A stretch of DNA of 63,873 nucleotides, counting the filler, from Octopus bimaculoides (taxonomy: Eukaryota): assembly GCF_001194135.2 (NCBI RefSeq). It is 7 parts of 6 records of this genome, joined end to end, with 100 filler letters (N's around TTAATTAATTAA, not from the genome) between each part and the next. Parts side by side here need not be neighbours in the genome. Positions count along the whole stretch, not along the records: positions 62,411 to 63,873 come from NC_068987.1; 6 more parts are not named here. One strand, written 5' to 3'. The notes under the pieces are model-generated. The model was not told the origin of the DNA, ran no database searches, and saw only the letters and a list, made by a program, of their open reading frames with translations. Position 1 is the first letter of the stretch. Every line of letters begins with the position of its first letter. Below, in pieces: positions 62,311 to 63,873 of the stretch. The position numbers and the translations under genes are program-made.

Positions 62311-62467
62311 NNNNNNNNNNNNNNNNNNNNNNNNNNNNNNNNNNNNNNNNNNNNTTAATTAATTAANNNNNNNNNNNNNNNNNNNNNNNNNNNNNNNNNN
62401 NNNNNNNNNNATATATATATATATATATATATATATACACGCACACACACATATATGCGCATATATA

Positions 62468-63685
62468 TTGGGTCATCCCATAAATAATACGGTTTTTTCA
62501 ATTGCATGAAATAACAGTCGGAGGGGGGACGAGATAAACTACATGCATCAACTTGCTATAAAAACAGGCAGTAATTTTACCTTGTATTTATTCTTAGTGC
62601 AAGTTTTGAAGGGTGCAGTCCAATTTTAATAGTTATATCAAAGCTATAATGGAAGTGATAAAGAAGCATATTCGGCATATTTTGCTTTTTGAGTTCAGTA
62701 AAGGCAACAACGCAACGGAAAGTATGAGGAATATTAATGCAGTATATGGAGATCGGAAACTAAAGCCTAGAAGACGGGACTCGTCCTGGAAGATCTGTAG
62801 AGCTCGACGAGGACGTCCTACAAATCTTGGTGGAACAAGATCCCATCGTAACTGTTGAGGAACTACCAGAGAAGCTTAGATTTGGTCATTCAACCATTCA
62901 TCGATGCCTGCATGCCATCGAAAAAGTCATCAAATTGGGTCAGTGGGTTCCTCACAAATCTTCCGAGTCTAATCACGCGCAGAGAGTGAATGTGTGCTCT
63001 TTGCTGTCACGTCTCACGAATGAACTTTTTGGGACCGAATAGTGACTGGTGACGAGAAATAGGTTCTCTATAAACGTGTCAAGCGCTGATGATAGTGGGT
63101 AGGGAAAGGAAAAACACGTGTACCCCAGGCTAAAGAAGGTCTTCACCCATGTAAGGTGTTGTTATCTGTTTAGTGGGATATGAAAGGTTTAGTCCACTTT
63201 CAACTTTTAAACCCAAACCAAACGATAACAAAGGATATCTACTGCGAGCAGCTTGAGCGGCTTAAGTCAGCGCTAGAAGACAAACGACCATCTTTGCTTT
63301 CAAGACGAAAGGCATTCTTCCATCAGGATAATGCTCGGCCGCATACAGCGAGGATGACATTCCAAAGGCTGGAGCAGTTTGTATAGAAAACGATGTCCTA
63401 TTCGCCGGACGTTGCCTCATCTGATTATCATTTATTCTGTCGTCTTCAAAATCATTTGAACGGAAAAAATACGAATTCTGTAGATGAGGTCAGAACAGTA
63501 CTGGGTTAGTATTTTTCATTACGGACAAGTGAATTTGGAGGAGGGGCCTTGCAAGTCTACCAGATAGATGGAAGAGCATTGTAGAAAATGAAGGAGAGCA
63601 TATTTTAGATTAAAAGAGAACTTTGTCTTAATTTTGAAAAATAAAAGAAGGATAAAAAAGCCGCATGATCCATGATATGACCCAA
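62468..63685 (+). mobile_element. Mariner (DD34D-type) transposon, full length, with disrupted transposase (about 62649-63613)
   Basis: TA-flanked imperfect TIRs ttgggtcatcccataaataatacgg / ccgcatgatccatgatatgacccaa; MEVIKKHIRHILLFEF, IVTGDEK, LHPCKVLLSV, FFHQDNARPHTA, YSPDVASSDYHLF, with stops and deletions. Confidence 0.93.
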
Positions 63686-63711
63686 TATATGTGTATATAT
63701 ATATATATATA

Positions 63712-63870
63712 CTTTATTTAAAAGCAGCAGAAATATAACAAAAGACTGTTGAGTAACAGTCTTTTGTTATATTTCTGCTGCTTTTAAATAAAGCATATTA
63801 CTCTACCTCTGGTATTTGAGTACTCTTTTTTCCACCTTGTTGCACATTTTATGTGCTTACCCCGGTATAT
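63712..63870 (+). mobile_element. Family H2 terminal fragment with perfect 39-bp fold-back hairpin
   Basis: 63712-63750 is the exact reverse complement of 63755-63793, loop GAGT; 63751-63870 matches 32192-32295 in the opposite orientation. Confidence 0.85.
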
Positions 63871-63873
63871 GTA

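Overview
AT-rich, repeat-dense animal genomic DNA. The SINE, LINE and microsatellite content looks like an octopus/cephalopod genome; this is an inference from repeat style, not a database result. The window is seven pieces joined by artificial 100-bp gaps, each carrying a TTAATTAATTAA six-frame-stop linker, so adjacency across those joins is not guaranteed. Nearly all ORFs in the supplied track are microsatellite or N artefacts. Recognisable content: (1) one plus-strand exon matching B9D1 exon 2 (48389-48457); (2) a chain of minus-strand exons of an unidentified, probably extracellular protein (about 35.0 kb to 6.1 kb); (3) decayed non-LTR retrotransposons (L1/Tx1, RTE, two R4/Dong-like families), mariner DD34D and maT DD37D transposons, hAT- and piggyBac-type MITEs, and several tRNA-derived SINE families. 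The most interesting signal is a set of at least four unrelated short repeat families carrying type I hammerhead-ribozyme (HHR) motifs. One is a retrozyme- or Penelope-pLTR-like 492-bp unit running from one predicted cleavage site to the next (21733-22439). In two families a fold-back inversion junction sits at or within 5 nt of the predicted self-cleavage site. Repeat boundaries were read by eye and are approximate unless termini are quoted.
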